A stretch of 49,468 nucleotides of DNA. It comes from an archaeon (GTDB lineage: Archaea > Thermoproteota > QMWL01). This document shows, one piece after another, positions 16,855-25,451 of this stretch. The DNA lies in NCBI GenBank assembly GCA_003661605.2, contig QMWL02000001.1, positions 1-49,468 of the forward strand, written 5' to 3'. The position numbers and the translations under genes were made by a program. A model generated the notes under the pieces. That model made no database searches and was not told the DNA's origin. It worked only from the letters and a program-made list of their open reading frames with translations. Positions within the stretch are counted from its first letter, which is position 1, and every line of letters starts with the position of its first letter.

Positions 16855-17971
16855 CGAGCTTACAGAAGGTGCAGCGCGTCTGTACGTACCTCGTGCTGAA
16901 GTACCTACTCGCCGATTACCTGCCTTCTACAATCCTGCAATGCGTGTTAACCGAGACATCGCTGTTGCAATTGCACGCGTACATGGTCAGCGTAGGCCTC
17001 TCCTCGTATGCGAGCCTCTTTGTGGAGCTGGGGCTCGTGCTGTCAGGTATGCCTTAGAGGCTGGGGCACGAGTAGTGGCAGCGGATGTTAATCCACAAGC
17101 GGTTGAAATCGCTAGACACAATGCTCAGCTAAACAAGGTAAGTAATCGTGTTTATGTTGAGCACTCAGATGCGAGACTTCTCCTTCATCGCTACGCATTT
17201 CGCAACGAAAGGTTCTCCATCGTCGATGTCGATCCCTTTGGGTCTCCAGTGCCATTCCTTGACGCTGCTGTTTGTGCCACTCTAGCTGAGGGCATACTTG
17301 CTGCTACCGCTACAGACACTGCTGCTCTCTTCGGAACCTATCCGACCAAGTGCGTTAAGAAATATGCAGCGAAGAGCATACGGGCACCTTTTTCGAAGGA
17401 AATCGGTTTACGGATTCTCCTCGCTGCCGTCGCGTGGGCTGCTTGCCGACACGACTGTGGAATCGAACCACTATGCGCCTATACTGAACGCCATTATGCG
17501 CGTGTCTACGTTCGCATACTACCTCGCCCAGGTGCAGTCACGCGTACTTCGAAGAACATCGGACGTCTGATGCTATGCTCATCTTGTGGATACTTCTCTC
17601 CTCTTCGTGGTATAATCGGTCCTCAACCTTCTACGTGCCCTCACTGTGGAAAAGCGCTATCTGTGGCTGGACCCCTATGGATCGGACCTTACGGCGATCC
17701 GCGCTTCTGCGCTGAAGCCGTTAAACAAGCTCCTTCTGCTGAAGCTGTTAAACTACTCAAATCCGTATTAGAGGAAGCTGCTACTCCACTAGGAGGTTAC
17801 CACACACATCATCTTGCTGCCAAATTGGGCAAACCACCACCCTCTTCTAGGCAAGTTGTGAAACTTCTAAGGGAACGTGGGTTTATCGCTACAGTAGCGC
17901 ATTACGATCCTAGGGTAGTTAAGACAGACGCGTCCTTTGAAGAAGTCGTCGCTTTGCTCTCCTCCCTCTAA
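16835..17971 (+). CDS. trm1: tRNA (guanine26-N2)-dimethyltransferase Trm1
   Basis: FYNPAMRVNRDIAV, DVDPFGSP, and a C-terminal Zn cluster CSSCGY...CPHCG. The likely start is ATG 16844 (MEFIELTEG). Confidence 0.9.
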   Translation: MSVMEFIELTEGAARLYVPRAEVPTRRLPAFYNPAMRVNRDIAVAIARVHGQRRPLLVCEPLCGAGARAVRYALEAGARVVAADVNPQAVEIARHNAQLNKVSNRVYVEHSDARLLLHRYAFRNERFSIVDVDPFGSPVPFLDAAVCATLAEGILAATATDTAALFGTYPTKCVKKYAAKSIRAPFSKEIGLRILLAAVAWAACRHDCGIEPLCAYTERHYARVYVRILPRPGAVTRTSKNIGRLMLCSSCGYFSPLRGIIGPQPSTCPHCGKALSVAGPLWIGPYGDPRFCAEAVKQAPSAEAVKLLKSVLEEAATPLGGYHTHHLAAKLGKPPPSSRQVVKLLRERGFIATVAHYDPRVVKTDASFEEVVALLSSL

Positions 17972-18560
17972 AGCCTAGGGCGAGTATAAACAGCTCTCGA
18001 CTTCCCTTTCGAGTCGCCTTTGGAATCAAGCGAATGACTCTAACAAACTGTCGCTGAAGCTCTCGCTCAAACTCCGCCAACCTCGGATACTCAAAGACCT
18101 TCACGAAGAACGCACCACCTCTTCGCAAACATCGTTTAGCGATGTCCAAGGCTTCAAAAGCTAGTTCAAGCGTTCTCTCTGCATCCACTTCCCAATTACC
18201 TGACAGCTTAGGACTCAAATCAGATAAAACAGCATCCGCCCGCCCTCTAGCAAGCCACTGAAGCTCGCGTTTAACCCGATGCTCTCTCACATCCCCCACT
18301 ATCGTTCTTACGTTAGGCGCTGGTGGAGTTGTCTCTCTCAAGTCTACCCCTACTACACACCCTGCTTCTCCTACCTCCTCAGCTGCTGCCAGTAACCAGC
18401 CCCCTGGGTAGCATCCGAGATCGATAACAAACCCTCCGCGAGGAATAAACCGATACTGATCGAGAACCTCCCGTAGCTTATAGTAAGACCTGCTGGGCTT
18501 ACCCTCTTCTTTCGCTAACCTTCGGTAAATGTCACGGCGCCGCCACTCTCGATATGCCAT
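17919..18560 (-). CDS. rlmE: 23S rRNA U2552 2'-O-methyltransferase RlmE/FtsJ
   Basis: SRSYYKLREVLDQYRFI, VIDLGCYPGGW, VLSDLSPKLSG, and FFVKVF. The 3' end overlaps trm1 by 53 nt (convergent). Confidence 0.88.
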   Translation of the reverse strand: MAYREWRRRDIYRRLAKEEGKPSRSYYKLREVLDQYRFIPRGGFVIDLGCYPGGWLLAAAEEVGEAGCVVGVDLRETTPPAPNVRTIVGDVREHRVKRELQWLARGRADAVLSDLSPKLSGNWEVDAERTLELAFEALDIAKRCLRRGGAFFVKVFEYPRLAEFERELQRQFVRVIRLIPKATRKGSRELFILALGFRGRRAKRRLLQRTRLS

Positions 18561-18563
18561 ACG

Positions 18564-19175
18564 CTAGAACGCGTAAACGCCTGTTTCCTCGGTCAGCCAC
18601 CTATTAAGTCGCGGACATCGCTCAGGCACTATCGGACCACTAGGAGAGCATCGATAGTGTTCTGTACAGAGGAAACAAGGCACATCTAGCACATAGTCTA
18701 TCTCTTCTGGTAGTGGGTTTATCACATACACCTTCACTCGGCGCCGCCTCTTCCCTCTTTTCACAACCTGGAACTTCTCCACGACTCGGTGTTCGCTGAT
18801 AAGCTGCTTAAGCGCCTCCTCAAAGAGCTCGCGTTCACCGTACTCATCAATATACAGTTCCTTCTCAGGTATTCCACTCGCTCCAGCATCTCGAAGTCGT
18901 GCGATCAAATCATGCGCAATTTCCTCGATTTTTCGCATTCTTTCCTCCATGCGCCGCCGTGCTTCCTCCTCACTTGGAGGACGAGGTACGCCGATTACCT
19001 CGCGAATAATGCCCTCTTCCCTCTTCGGCTTCTCTTTCTTTCTCTCCTTCTTCGGCTTCTTTTTCTCCTTAGCCTTCTTTTTGACAGGCTTCTTTGCTTT
19101 CTTAACGGGTTTCTTCTCCTTCTTCTTTGCTTTCTTTGTTTTCTTTCGCGCTTTCTTACGCGTTCTCTTACTCAA
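18564..19175 (-). CDS. TFE-beta / RPC34-like protein (winged helix plus 4-Cys domain) with a poly-Lys N-terminal extension
   Basis: C-terminal VPCFLCTEHYRCSPSGPIVPERCPRLNRWL resembles the RPC34/TFE-beta Fe-S motif (PC..C.....C...G.I.P..C.....WL). A WH-like region precedes it. The gene lies immediately next to tfb. Residues 1-55 are about 60% Lys. Confidence 0.55.
   Translation of the reverse strand: MSKRTRKKARKKTKKAKKKEKKPVKKAKKPVKKKAKEKKKPKKERKKEKPKREEGIIREVIGVPRPPSEEEARRRMEERMRKIEEIAHDLIARLRDAGASGIPEKELYIDEYGERELFEEALKQLISEHRVVEKFQVVKRGKRRRRVKVYVINPLPEEIDYVLDVPCFLCTEHYRCSPSGPIVPERCPRLNRWLTEETGVYAF
19011..19175 (-). repeat. Low-complexity AAG/AAA (Lys) codon tract; polypyrimidine on the + strand
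   Basis: Encodes MSKRTRKKARKKTKKAKKKEKKPVKKAKKPVKKKAKEKKKPKKERKKEKPKREE with a reiterated AKKPVKK unit. It generates spurious F/L-rich antisense ORFs on the + strand. Confidence 0.7.
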
Positions 19176-19180
19176 CGAAG

Positions 19181-20077
19181 CTACACGTAGATGGTGACAT
19201 CAACGTTCTCAAGTATCTCCTTGTACCGGTTTCGAATCGTAACCTCCGTGACCCCTGCGGTGCTTGCGATCTCTCTCTGAGTTGGACCTTTCAAAGAGTA
19301 TGCAACAATCGCTATGTAAACAACCGCTGCAGCCATACCTGTCGGTCCCCTACCACTCGTAAGCTTGAGAAAACGCGCTTCATCAAGGATTCGTATCGCT
19401 AGATCCTGGACTCGCCCATCGAGTTCAAGAGCTGTGCAAAGCCGCACGATGTACTGCTGAGGATCAGGAGGCGGTAGCTGCAATCCCAACTCACGAACGA
19501 TGTACCTGTAGGCGCGCCCGACCTCTTTTCGAGACTCTGAAACTGCATCAGAGATTTCTTGAAGCGTCTTTGGGATATTGTGCTGACGACACGCTGCATA
19601 AAGCACCGCACCCGCTACTGCCTGCGGACTACCGCTTCGCGTAAGCCGCCTGTTTGCAACCTTCCGAAGAATGTACGCCGCCTCTTCCAACACATCTGCT
19701 GAAAGCCCTAATCGGTTGCAAGCGGTCTTTAGCAACGTAAGAACGTTGTATACATTCCGCTCTGGAGCGCTTGATTGCCGAATACGCTGCTGCCATTTCA
19801 CTAGCCGCTGATACTGCGCACGCCGCTCATGGTCCTTGATTTGCTTAACATCCTTCCACGAGATCTCTGTAGGCATTCCTCGCCCCTGCCAAACATAAGC
19901 GGAAATCGGGGACACAAGACGGCTCTCTGGCATGTCAGGCGGTCCCATCCACTCTGAAACTTCTCGAACCTCACTCTGCCGAATTACCGCCCCGCAATTG
20001 GGGCAAAACACCTCCCCTCGCTCCGAATCTACATGGAAGATCCGCCCACCACAGTAGGGGCAGATTATTCGCCTCAT
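19181..20077 (-). CDS. tfb: Transcription initiation factor IIB (TFB)
   Basis: N-terminal Zn ribbon CPYCGG...CPNCG, B-reader/linker, two cyclin repeats, and a C-terminal HTH (IASTAGVTEVTIRNRYKE). Confidence 0.93.
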   Translation of the reverse strand: MRRIICPYCGGRIFHVDSERGEVFCPNCGAVIRQSEVREVSEWMGPPDMPESRLVSPISAYVWQGRGMPTEISWKDVKQIKDHERRAQYQRLVKWQQRIRQSSAPERNVYNVLTLLKTACNRLGLSADVLEEAAYILRKVANRRLTRSGSPQAVAGAVLYAACRQHNIPKTLQEISDAVSESRKEVGRAYRYIVRELGLQLPPPDPQQYIVRLCTALELDGRVQDLAIRILDEARFLKLTSGRGPTGMAAAVVYIAIVAYSLKGPTQREIASTAGVTEVTIRNRYKEILENVDVTIYV

Positions 20078-20078
20078 G

Positions 20079-20336
20079 CTACTCCAAAAGCGTGTAAAGA
20101 CGTCCGTTAGGTGTAAACCGCTCCCGACCAGTCTCCGTTAACCGTATTCTGATGTACGGTTCGTTAACAGGACCAAAAACATCTACAACTACGCCAATCT
20201 CCTCCAACCGCTCGTTTAGAATCTTTGAGTTTAGAGGCGGTGGATCGCGATCGCAAACTGCGATACCTATTTTCCCGTCCTTTCTAATTCTAACAGCCCT
20301 TCCGATGTATAACGGCTTTCTGAGCGCAGGGAACAC
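20079..20336 (-). CDS. gar1: H/ACA RNP protein Gar1
   Basis: 85 aa. PPLNSKILNERLEEIGVVVDVFGPVNEPYIRIRL is the Gar1 core signature. Confidence 0.85.
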   Translation of the reverse strand: MFPALRKPLYIGRAVRIRKDGKIGIAVCDRDPPPLNSKILNERLEEIGVVVDVFGPVNEPYIRIRLTETGRERFTPNGRLYTLLE

Positions 20337-20366
20337 GGAGGAAGCCCCGCTATCCCCTTTTAAGCT

Positions 20367-20657
20367 TCACTTTCTTCTGGACTTCACAAGCTGCTCCGCT
20401 ATACGTAGAAGTAAGATTCGCTTCCCCCCTGACTGCTTAGGTACAAGGAAATACCCTGTCCGCTCCCACCATGTCGCTGGACGTCCTTTCTTAGGAACGT
20501 ATTCGAACTCTACCCCCAACTCCCGAAGTATACGCGCTATCTCCTCCGCTCTCGGCGCCTCCACCGCTAGCCTCCGCGGTACCCTCCGCCCTAATCGCCA
20601 AGGTAGTCTTCGATCGAAGTATGCTGGCCAGATCACCCATCGATCCTTTATCCGCAT
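20367..20657 (-). CDS. srp19: Signal recognition particle protein SRP19
   Basis: VIWPAYFDRRLPWRLGRRVP and EEIARILRELGVEFE are typical of archaeal SRP19. Confidence 0.88.
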   Translation of the reverse strand: MRIKDRWVIWPAYFDRRLPWRLGRRVPRRLAVEAPRAEEIARILRELGVEFEYVPKKGRPATWWERTGYFLVPKQSGGKRILLLRIAEQLVKSRRK

Positions 20658-20717
20658 CGCTGCTACCTGATCTCCCTAGACTATATAGCGTATACAACGG
20701 CGCTGCCTATCAGGTGA

Positions 20718-20793
20718 TGGGCCGGCGGGGATTTGAACCCCGGATCACGAGCGCCCCAGGCTCGCATCCTAGACCAAGCTAGACGACCGGCCC
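20718..20793 (-). tRNA. tRNA-Pro (GGG); CCA not encoded
   Basis: The reverse complement GGGCCGGTCGTCTAGCTTGGTCTAGGATGCGAGCCTGGGGCGCTCGTGATCCGGGGTTCAAATCCCCGCCGGCCCA folds as a cloverleaf. The anticodon stem is CGAGC/GCTCG, the loop is CUGGGGC, and the T loop is TTCAAAT. Confidence 0.88.
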
Positions 20794-20819
20794 TTCTCAG
20801 GAGGCTCTAACCTGAGGTA

Positions 20820-21611
20820 TTAAACTTTGTTTTTAAGCTCCTGGTTTTCCGTCTCCAAGCCGAGGTGTAAAAGAAGCTGCTTGAACGTGGGCTCACTAGG
20901 TGCGTTCTTGTAGGCTCTGAGGCAGCTGAGAACCTCCTGAACATTGGCTACGTCGAGTACTCGGCGTACGTGCTGGCTTACAGCTCCTGGACGTAAGATG
21001 AGAAACTGCGTGATAGCCGTGAGGTTGCGTGGACGGCGCTGAACGCTTGCAGATTCAAAGTCGATGATAACGGGTCTACCGTCTCCTGTAACAATCACGT
21101 GCTCCTTAGGATCACTTAGCTCACCATGATCGATGCCTATCTGATCTAAGCGATAGCATTGGTGAAGGAGGGTGGCGAGAACTCGGCGTATTTGCGTTGC
21201 TTCAGCCGATTGCAACCACTTCACTAGCGGCTCTCCCTCAACATACGCCATGATTAGAACGTCCTCAGAGGCAGCGTAGAGTCGAGGACCTACTCCCACC
21301 GCATTAGCTCGACGAAGCAGCTCTGCTTCATGTGCAAGCGTATCGCGAACAGCATCAGTTCTCCGAATTTTACACGCAACCCGTCCGAACTTGCTCTCAC
21401 CCAGTACTACAACCGCCTTGTGCCCTTTACCCAGAATTGTGACTTCTCCAACACGCGTAGAGCCTATGTTGAAGACTAGGGCGTGTACCCCAAGGCGCAT
21501 CAGTTGCTCCACTATACGCTTGGCATACTCCTTACTCTCTCTCGGATAAGATAGTACGATGCGAAACGGTGGTTCGGTACAGCGAGGAACGGGTACGCTA
21601 AGCGGAACCAA
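20820..21611 (-). CDS. Atypical (RIO/Bud32-like, COG2112-type) Ser/Thr protein kinase
   Basis: LGKGHKAVVVLGE...ACKIRR (Gly-rich loop plus catalytic-type Lys), IDHGELSDPKEHVIV, and VIIDFESA (DFG-like). The start overlaps the cca stop by 14 nt. Confidence 0.6.
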   Translation of the reverse strand: MVPLSVPVPRCTEPPFRIVLSYPRESKEYAKRIVEQLMRLGVHALVFNIGSTRVGEVTILGKGHKAVVVLGESKFGRVACKIRRTDAVRDTLAHEAELLRRANAVGVGPRLYAASEDVLIMAYVEGEPLVKWLQSAEATQIRRVLATLLHQCYRLDQIGIDHGELSDPKEHVIVTGDGRPVIIDFESASVQRRPRNLTAITQFLILRPGAVSQHVRRVLDVANVQEVLSCLRAYKNAPSEPTFKQLLLHLGLETENQELKNKV

Positions 21612-22989
21612 GAAGACGCGCTAACTCTGCTAAGCAGCAGCGACGTTGCCGAACCTCCTTTATCACATCCTCTCCCTCCAGTACCTTATACCCTCCCCTC
21701 AACCCTTGCGTTACATAGCGTGGTAGCGGCCCTCGACCCTCTATGCTCTTCCTAATGATCGCCTCGATTATGGTCGAAGCACGACGCCAAGGTTGAGGCA
21801 GAACTCCAAATACGCGTCCGCCTCTCGCTACTGGTTGAGGAGCAAACTCCCAAAGATGCCTCTCGAGAAAGCGGTGAACCGCTTCTGGCTTGCTAACTGG
21901 CGGTCCTGTAAGTAAACGAACTGCTGGTTTACTTAGCGCCTCTAACTCAAAAACAAGCATACACCGCCCCTCCTCTCCACACATAGCTGTCTGTAGAACC
22001 GTATATCCTCGCTCTTCCAACGCTGCTCGTAGGATGCGAAGAGTACGCCGAAGCTGTCCATAAAGTACGTCCGGGACAACATTCGCACAGTCAAAGAAGA
22101 TTCCAACGATGCCGGTGCGCCGTCGGCGTAAGGCATCTAATACCGCTACAGGAGCTACTCTTACTGCGGTCCAACCAAACGTCTCTAGAGAGGGTTTTTC
22201 TACAAGTTGCATAGCTGCATGAATAGCGCGAACAAAGGTCTCGTCACTTACTGCCGCTGCTACATTTCGTCGAGGATCTACGGGATCAATCACAATAAGC
22301 GGCTCGGGGAACACGCGCCGAATTCTATCCTCATCCACAGGGGTGAATGCTACGACCTCTCCGTATCGCCAGCTCGCCATTGCGCGGACAACGTCCCAAA
22401 AACCTCCGTAGTGTGCTACTAGTAACTCGCACAAGTATCCGCTAAAGCCTTGAAAGCGGATCTCTGCTCCATATAGGCGTCGTGCTTTCAAGAACGCTTT
22501 CAGAACCCGTACCTCATCCCGCTGCTCCTCGGTAAGGTTACGTAGTACAAACTCGGTGTGGTATGGCGTTCTATCAACAGCGGTACGCCACTCCCCCGGC
22601 TTGGTTAAGTAGCCTGGAACGAAGTTAAACCGAACACCCTCGATCCAAGCCTCCAGATATGGATGCTCTGCATACCGTTCACGCGTTCTTGCTGTAAACT
22701 TCTTGCAGAGCGCGTAAGAGACCTCAAAGACCACTGTCTGTACAGTATCCCAGTTAAGAGAAGGGTCTGCTAGCAAGAACACGTCGATGTCCACATCGCC
22801 TGCTAGCCATGTATCCTTAGCGTACGAGCCCTGTACCGACACCTCAAGTGGTACCTTTCGCTGCGCTACCGCCTCCTGTAAGCTATGAACCACCTTACCA
22901 ACGAGTGCTGCAAGGCGGGATCGCTCCTCCCCCGAAGGAACCACCTTCTGCTTAACACGCTTAACAAGTTCCTCCGGCGTCAACGCCAC
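21598..22989 (-). CDS. cca: CCA-adding enzyme (archaeal class I tRNA nucleotidyltransferase)
   Basis: VQGSYAKDTWLAGDVDIDVFL nucleotidyltransferase motif, HPYLEAWIEG, RTPYHTEF, and a length of 463 aa. Confidence 0.9.
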   Translation of the reverse strand: MALTPEELVKRVKQKVVPSGEERSRLAALVGKVVHSLQEAVAQRKVPLEVSVQGSYAKDTWLAGDVDIDVFLLADPSLNWDTVQTVVFEVSYALCKKFTARTRERYAEHPYLEAWIEGVRFNFVPGYLTKPGEWRTAVDRTPYHTEFVLRNLTEEQRDEVRVLKAFLKARRLYGAEIRFQGFSGYLCELLVAHYGGFWDVVRAMASWRYGEVVAFTPVDEDRIRRVFPEPLIVIDPVDPRRNVAAAVSDETFVRAIHAAMQLVEKPSLETFGWTAVRVAPVAVLDALRRRRTGIVGIFFDCANVVPDVLYGQLRRTLRILRAALEERGYTVLQTAMCGEEGRCMLVFELEALSKPAVRLLTGPPVSKPEAVHRFLERHLWEFAPQPVARGGRVFGVLPQPWRRASTIIEAIIRKSIEGRGPLPRYVTQGLRGGYKVLEGEDVIKEVRQRRCCLAELARLLGSA

Positions 22990-22991
22990 CT

Positions 22992-23555
22992 CTACTCTAC
23001 CGCTAGAACTTCAAAGAGCGTTGTGTAGATAGGTCCTCGTGGTGTTAACTGACTTCGCTTCAGATACACTTTCCTAAAGACCACCTCCCCGAACTCGAAG
23101 TCCTTGAAACTCTCTAGAACCTTCCTCAATCGGTCAAGCGATGGTACTGCCTTTACGCGAGCAACCGTAAAGTGAGGTACAAACTCCTTATCAGGTCGTA
23201 TTCCCAGCGGTCGCAGCGCATTCACAACTTGAGCTGCAAGCCGCTTTAGCTCCTCAGCGCCCTCGCGAACTCCTACCCATATTACGCGAGGCCGTCGCCC
23301 TCCAAACGTGCCTACACCCATCAAACGTGCTCGAATGGGATGAAATCGAATACCTTGCAACGTTTGCTTAACCCTCTCCACCAATACCGCTGGGATCTCG
23401 CCCAGAAACAGCAACGTTGTATGAAAGTACTCCGGGTTTACAAGCTTCAAGATAGCTCCCGTACCTACAAGCGCCTCTTGAAACTGTCGAATACGTTCTC
23501 TAACTGCCAGGTCTTCGACCCACACAGCTATGAAACACCGAACCCGCTGCACCAC
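22992..23555 (-). CDS. thpR: RNA 2',3'-cyclic phosphodiesterase (ThpR/LigT, 2H family)
   Basis: Two H-x-T/S motifs: FHTTLLFLGE and PHFTVARV. 187 aa. Ends 2 nt before the cca start. Confidence 0.88.
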   Translation of the reverse strand: MVQRVRCFIAVWVEDLAVRERIRQFQEALVGTGAILKLVNPEYFHTTLLFLGEIPAVLVERVKQTLQGIRFHPIRARLMGVGTFGGRRPRVIWVGVREGAEELKRLAAQVVNALRPLGIRPDKEFVPHFTVARVKAVPSLDRLRKVLESFKDFEFGEVVFRKVYLKRSQLTPRGPIYTTLFEVLAVE

Positions 23556-23620
23556 AACCTCACCTCCCTCTGTTATTATCCGTTGGGAGTTAACAAGGAA
23601 AGACCGTTAGTCTTTAGCGT

Positions 23621-24400
23621 ATGCTTAAGCCGCACGGCGTGCAACTACGTATAGCGCAAATCGCCGACCTTTCGACGGTCGACTGGTACGGTCATGTTAC
23701 TTTCATGATATGGGTTACTGGCTGTAACCTCCGCTGCCCCTACTGTTTCAACGCCGCACTACGCGACCTGAACAGCGGTCAGGCAATCGATTTAGAAGCA
23801 CTCAAACGCCGTATTTCTCGCGGTCTTTCTCTAATCGAAGCCGTGGGGGTTACAGGTGGCGAGCCCTTGCTCCAAGCTGATGCAGTAACTGCGCTCTTTC
23901 GCTGGGCTAAGGCCGTTGGACTCCAAACGTTTCTCAACTCCAATCTCACCGTGCTCTCTGCTCTCAAACCGCTTGTAGAAGAACGGCTTGTAGACTACGT
24001 TGCTACGGATATAAGAAGCCCCTCCGACCCTCACCTCTTCGCAGAAGCAACTCGCCTACCTCCTTCACTTGCTGAAGGCTGTCTAAACGAGTTTTGGGCG
24101 AGTGTACGGCTTTTACGTGACGCTGGCATCCCTGTAGAATTTCGCATAACCGTCGTACCTGAGTGGAACGACAATCCCTCCCTCATACGGCGAATGGCTT
24201 CCGAAATTGCACCCTACGCAGACCGGCTCATCTTGCAGCAGTTTGAACCAAGTCCCGGAGTACCTGAGGAGGAGTTTCGAAGAAAACCTCGGACTAGCAG
24301 GGAAGTACTTGTTCAACTAGCACGCATAGCCCTAGAGATTGGTATCGAGAAGGTCTTCATTACGACTAGAGAGCGGGGTCGGGAGCGCATCCGTCTATGA
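23621..24400 (+). CDS. Radical SAM activase-like protein (NrdG/PflA family)
   Basis: VDWYGHVTFMIWVTGCNLRCPYCFN contains the CxxxCxxC cluster, in the context typical of the NrdG2-type family. Also GVTGGEPLL. Confidence 0.75.
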   Translation: MLKPHGVQLRIAQIADLSTVDWYGHVTFMIWVTGCNLRCPYCFNAALRDLNSGQAIDLEALKRRISRGLSLIEAVGVTGGEPLLQADAVTALFRWAKAVGLQTFLNSNLTVLSALKPLVEERLVDYVATDIRSPSDPHLFAEATRLPPSLAEGCLNEFWASVRLLRDAGIPVEFRITVVPEWNDNPSLIRRMASEIAPYADRLILQQFEPSPGVPEEEFRRKPRTSREVLVQLARIALEIGIEKVFITTRERGRERIRL

Positions 24401-24945
24401 AGCTCATCCTCGTTACGGGACTGCCAGGAGCTGGTAAAACTGAGTTTGCTGAAGTCGCGCGCAGCCTCGGACTACCTGTTGTGTCAATGGGCGATGCTGT
24501 GCGAGCTGAAGCGCAACGACGGGGGCTTCCTGTTTCTCGGGAAACTCTCTCCGAGTTGGCGCACCAGCTCAGAAAAGACCGAGGTCCTGGTGTAGTTGCT
24601 GAGCTATGCCTCACCCAACTACGAAGTCTCGGCTCCTCCACGGCTGTTATTGATGGCGTACGCTCACCTGCGGAAGTTGCAGTCTTCCGCCACGCCGCCA
24701 ACAAAGTAGTTGTCGTAGGTATTCACGCAGCCCCACGCGTGCGATTTGAGCGACTCAGGTCTCGAGGGCGCGCCGACGACCCTCGCTCCTGGGAGGTTTT
24801 CCAAAATCGTGATCGGGAAGAGCTAGGCTTTGGCATAGGAGCGGTTCTCGCTCTAGCCGATGTACTCCTAGTAAACGAAAGCTCCCTTTTCGAATTCCGT
24901 CGAAAAGCTGCATGTCTTCTTCAACAGCTGGTTGAAGACCCTTAG
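24397..24945 (+). CDS. UPF0200-type P-loop nucleotide kinase-like protein
   Basis: MKLILVTGLPGAGKTEFAEVARSLGLPVVSMGDAVRAEA matches the archaeal UPF0200 N-terminus. The ATGA overlap with the upstream gene indicates coupling. Confidence 0.65.
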   Translation: MKLILVTGLPGAGKTEFAEVARSLGLPVVSMGDAVRAEAQRRGLPVSRETLSELAHQLRKDRGPGVVAELCLTQLRSLGSSTAVIDGVRSPAEVAVFRHAANKVVVVGIHAAPRVRFERLRSRGRADDPRSWEVFQNRDREELGFGIGAVLALADVLLVNESSLFEFRRKAACLLQQLVEDP

Positions 24946-24974
24946 TTGTTAATACGCTGAGCAAACCCCAGCTC

Positions 24975-25451
24975 GTGCGACGTACTACTCGACAGCCTGT
25001 TCGAACGCGAGTAGAGGCACACATCACAATATCGGTAGAGGTACGCCCCACAGAAAGTATCGACAAAGTACGCACATGCCTGTCTAACCTATTCTCCCTT
25101 CGTGACGAACCTCAGGTTGTTGAGTCTCAGCAGGAGGGCATAAAGCTACTGGTTTACGAAACCGATGACATTCACGTTCTTGACAAACTTCGTGAGCTTC
25201 TTCGTCGCCAGCAGATTCTCGACGCTTCACGCGCACAGCTTCTTCGCAGCAAATCCGATAACCAGCTCTCCTTCTTCCTCAATAAGCAAGTTGCTTACGT
25301 AGGTCGTGTGTCGTTCTCAGCCCCAGTAGGCGAGTCCGCACTAGGACCGATCCGCGTCACCATTCAATCTGATGCAATTGATCTCATCATCGACTGGCTA
25401 GCTCCTCCAACAGTCGGTGGGCGTGTAGTCGAACGAGTTGAAATCCGCTAG
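24975..25451 (+). CDS. UPF0201/DUF54-type putative RNA-binding protein
   Basis: VEAHITISVEVRPTESIDKV and LNKQVAYVGRVSF....ALGPIRVTI match my recollection of the UPF0201 family, which commonly neighbours UPF0200. Confidence 0.6.
   Translation: MRRTTRQPVRTRVEAHITISVEVRPTESIDKVRTCLSNLFSLRDEPQVVESQQEGIKLLVYETDDIHVLDKLRELLRRQQILDASRAQLLRSKSDNQLSFFLNKQVAYVGRVSFSAPVGESALGPIRVTIQSDAIDLIIDWLAPPTVGGRVVERVEIR

Noticed and set aside
18789-19197. Two F/L-rich plus-strand ORFs (133 and 82 aa)
   Set aside because: They are artefacts of the polypyrimidine strand opposite the Lys-codon tract of the TFE-beta-like gene.
20152-20670. 172-aa plus-strand ORF
   Set aside because: It is antisense to gar1 and srp19, both of which have unambiguous signatures. 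It is low-complexity and Ser/Arg-rich.
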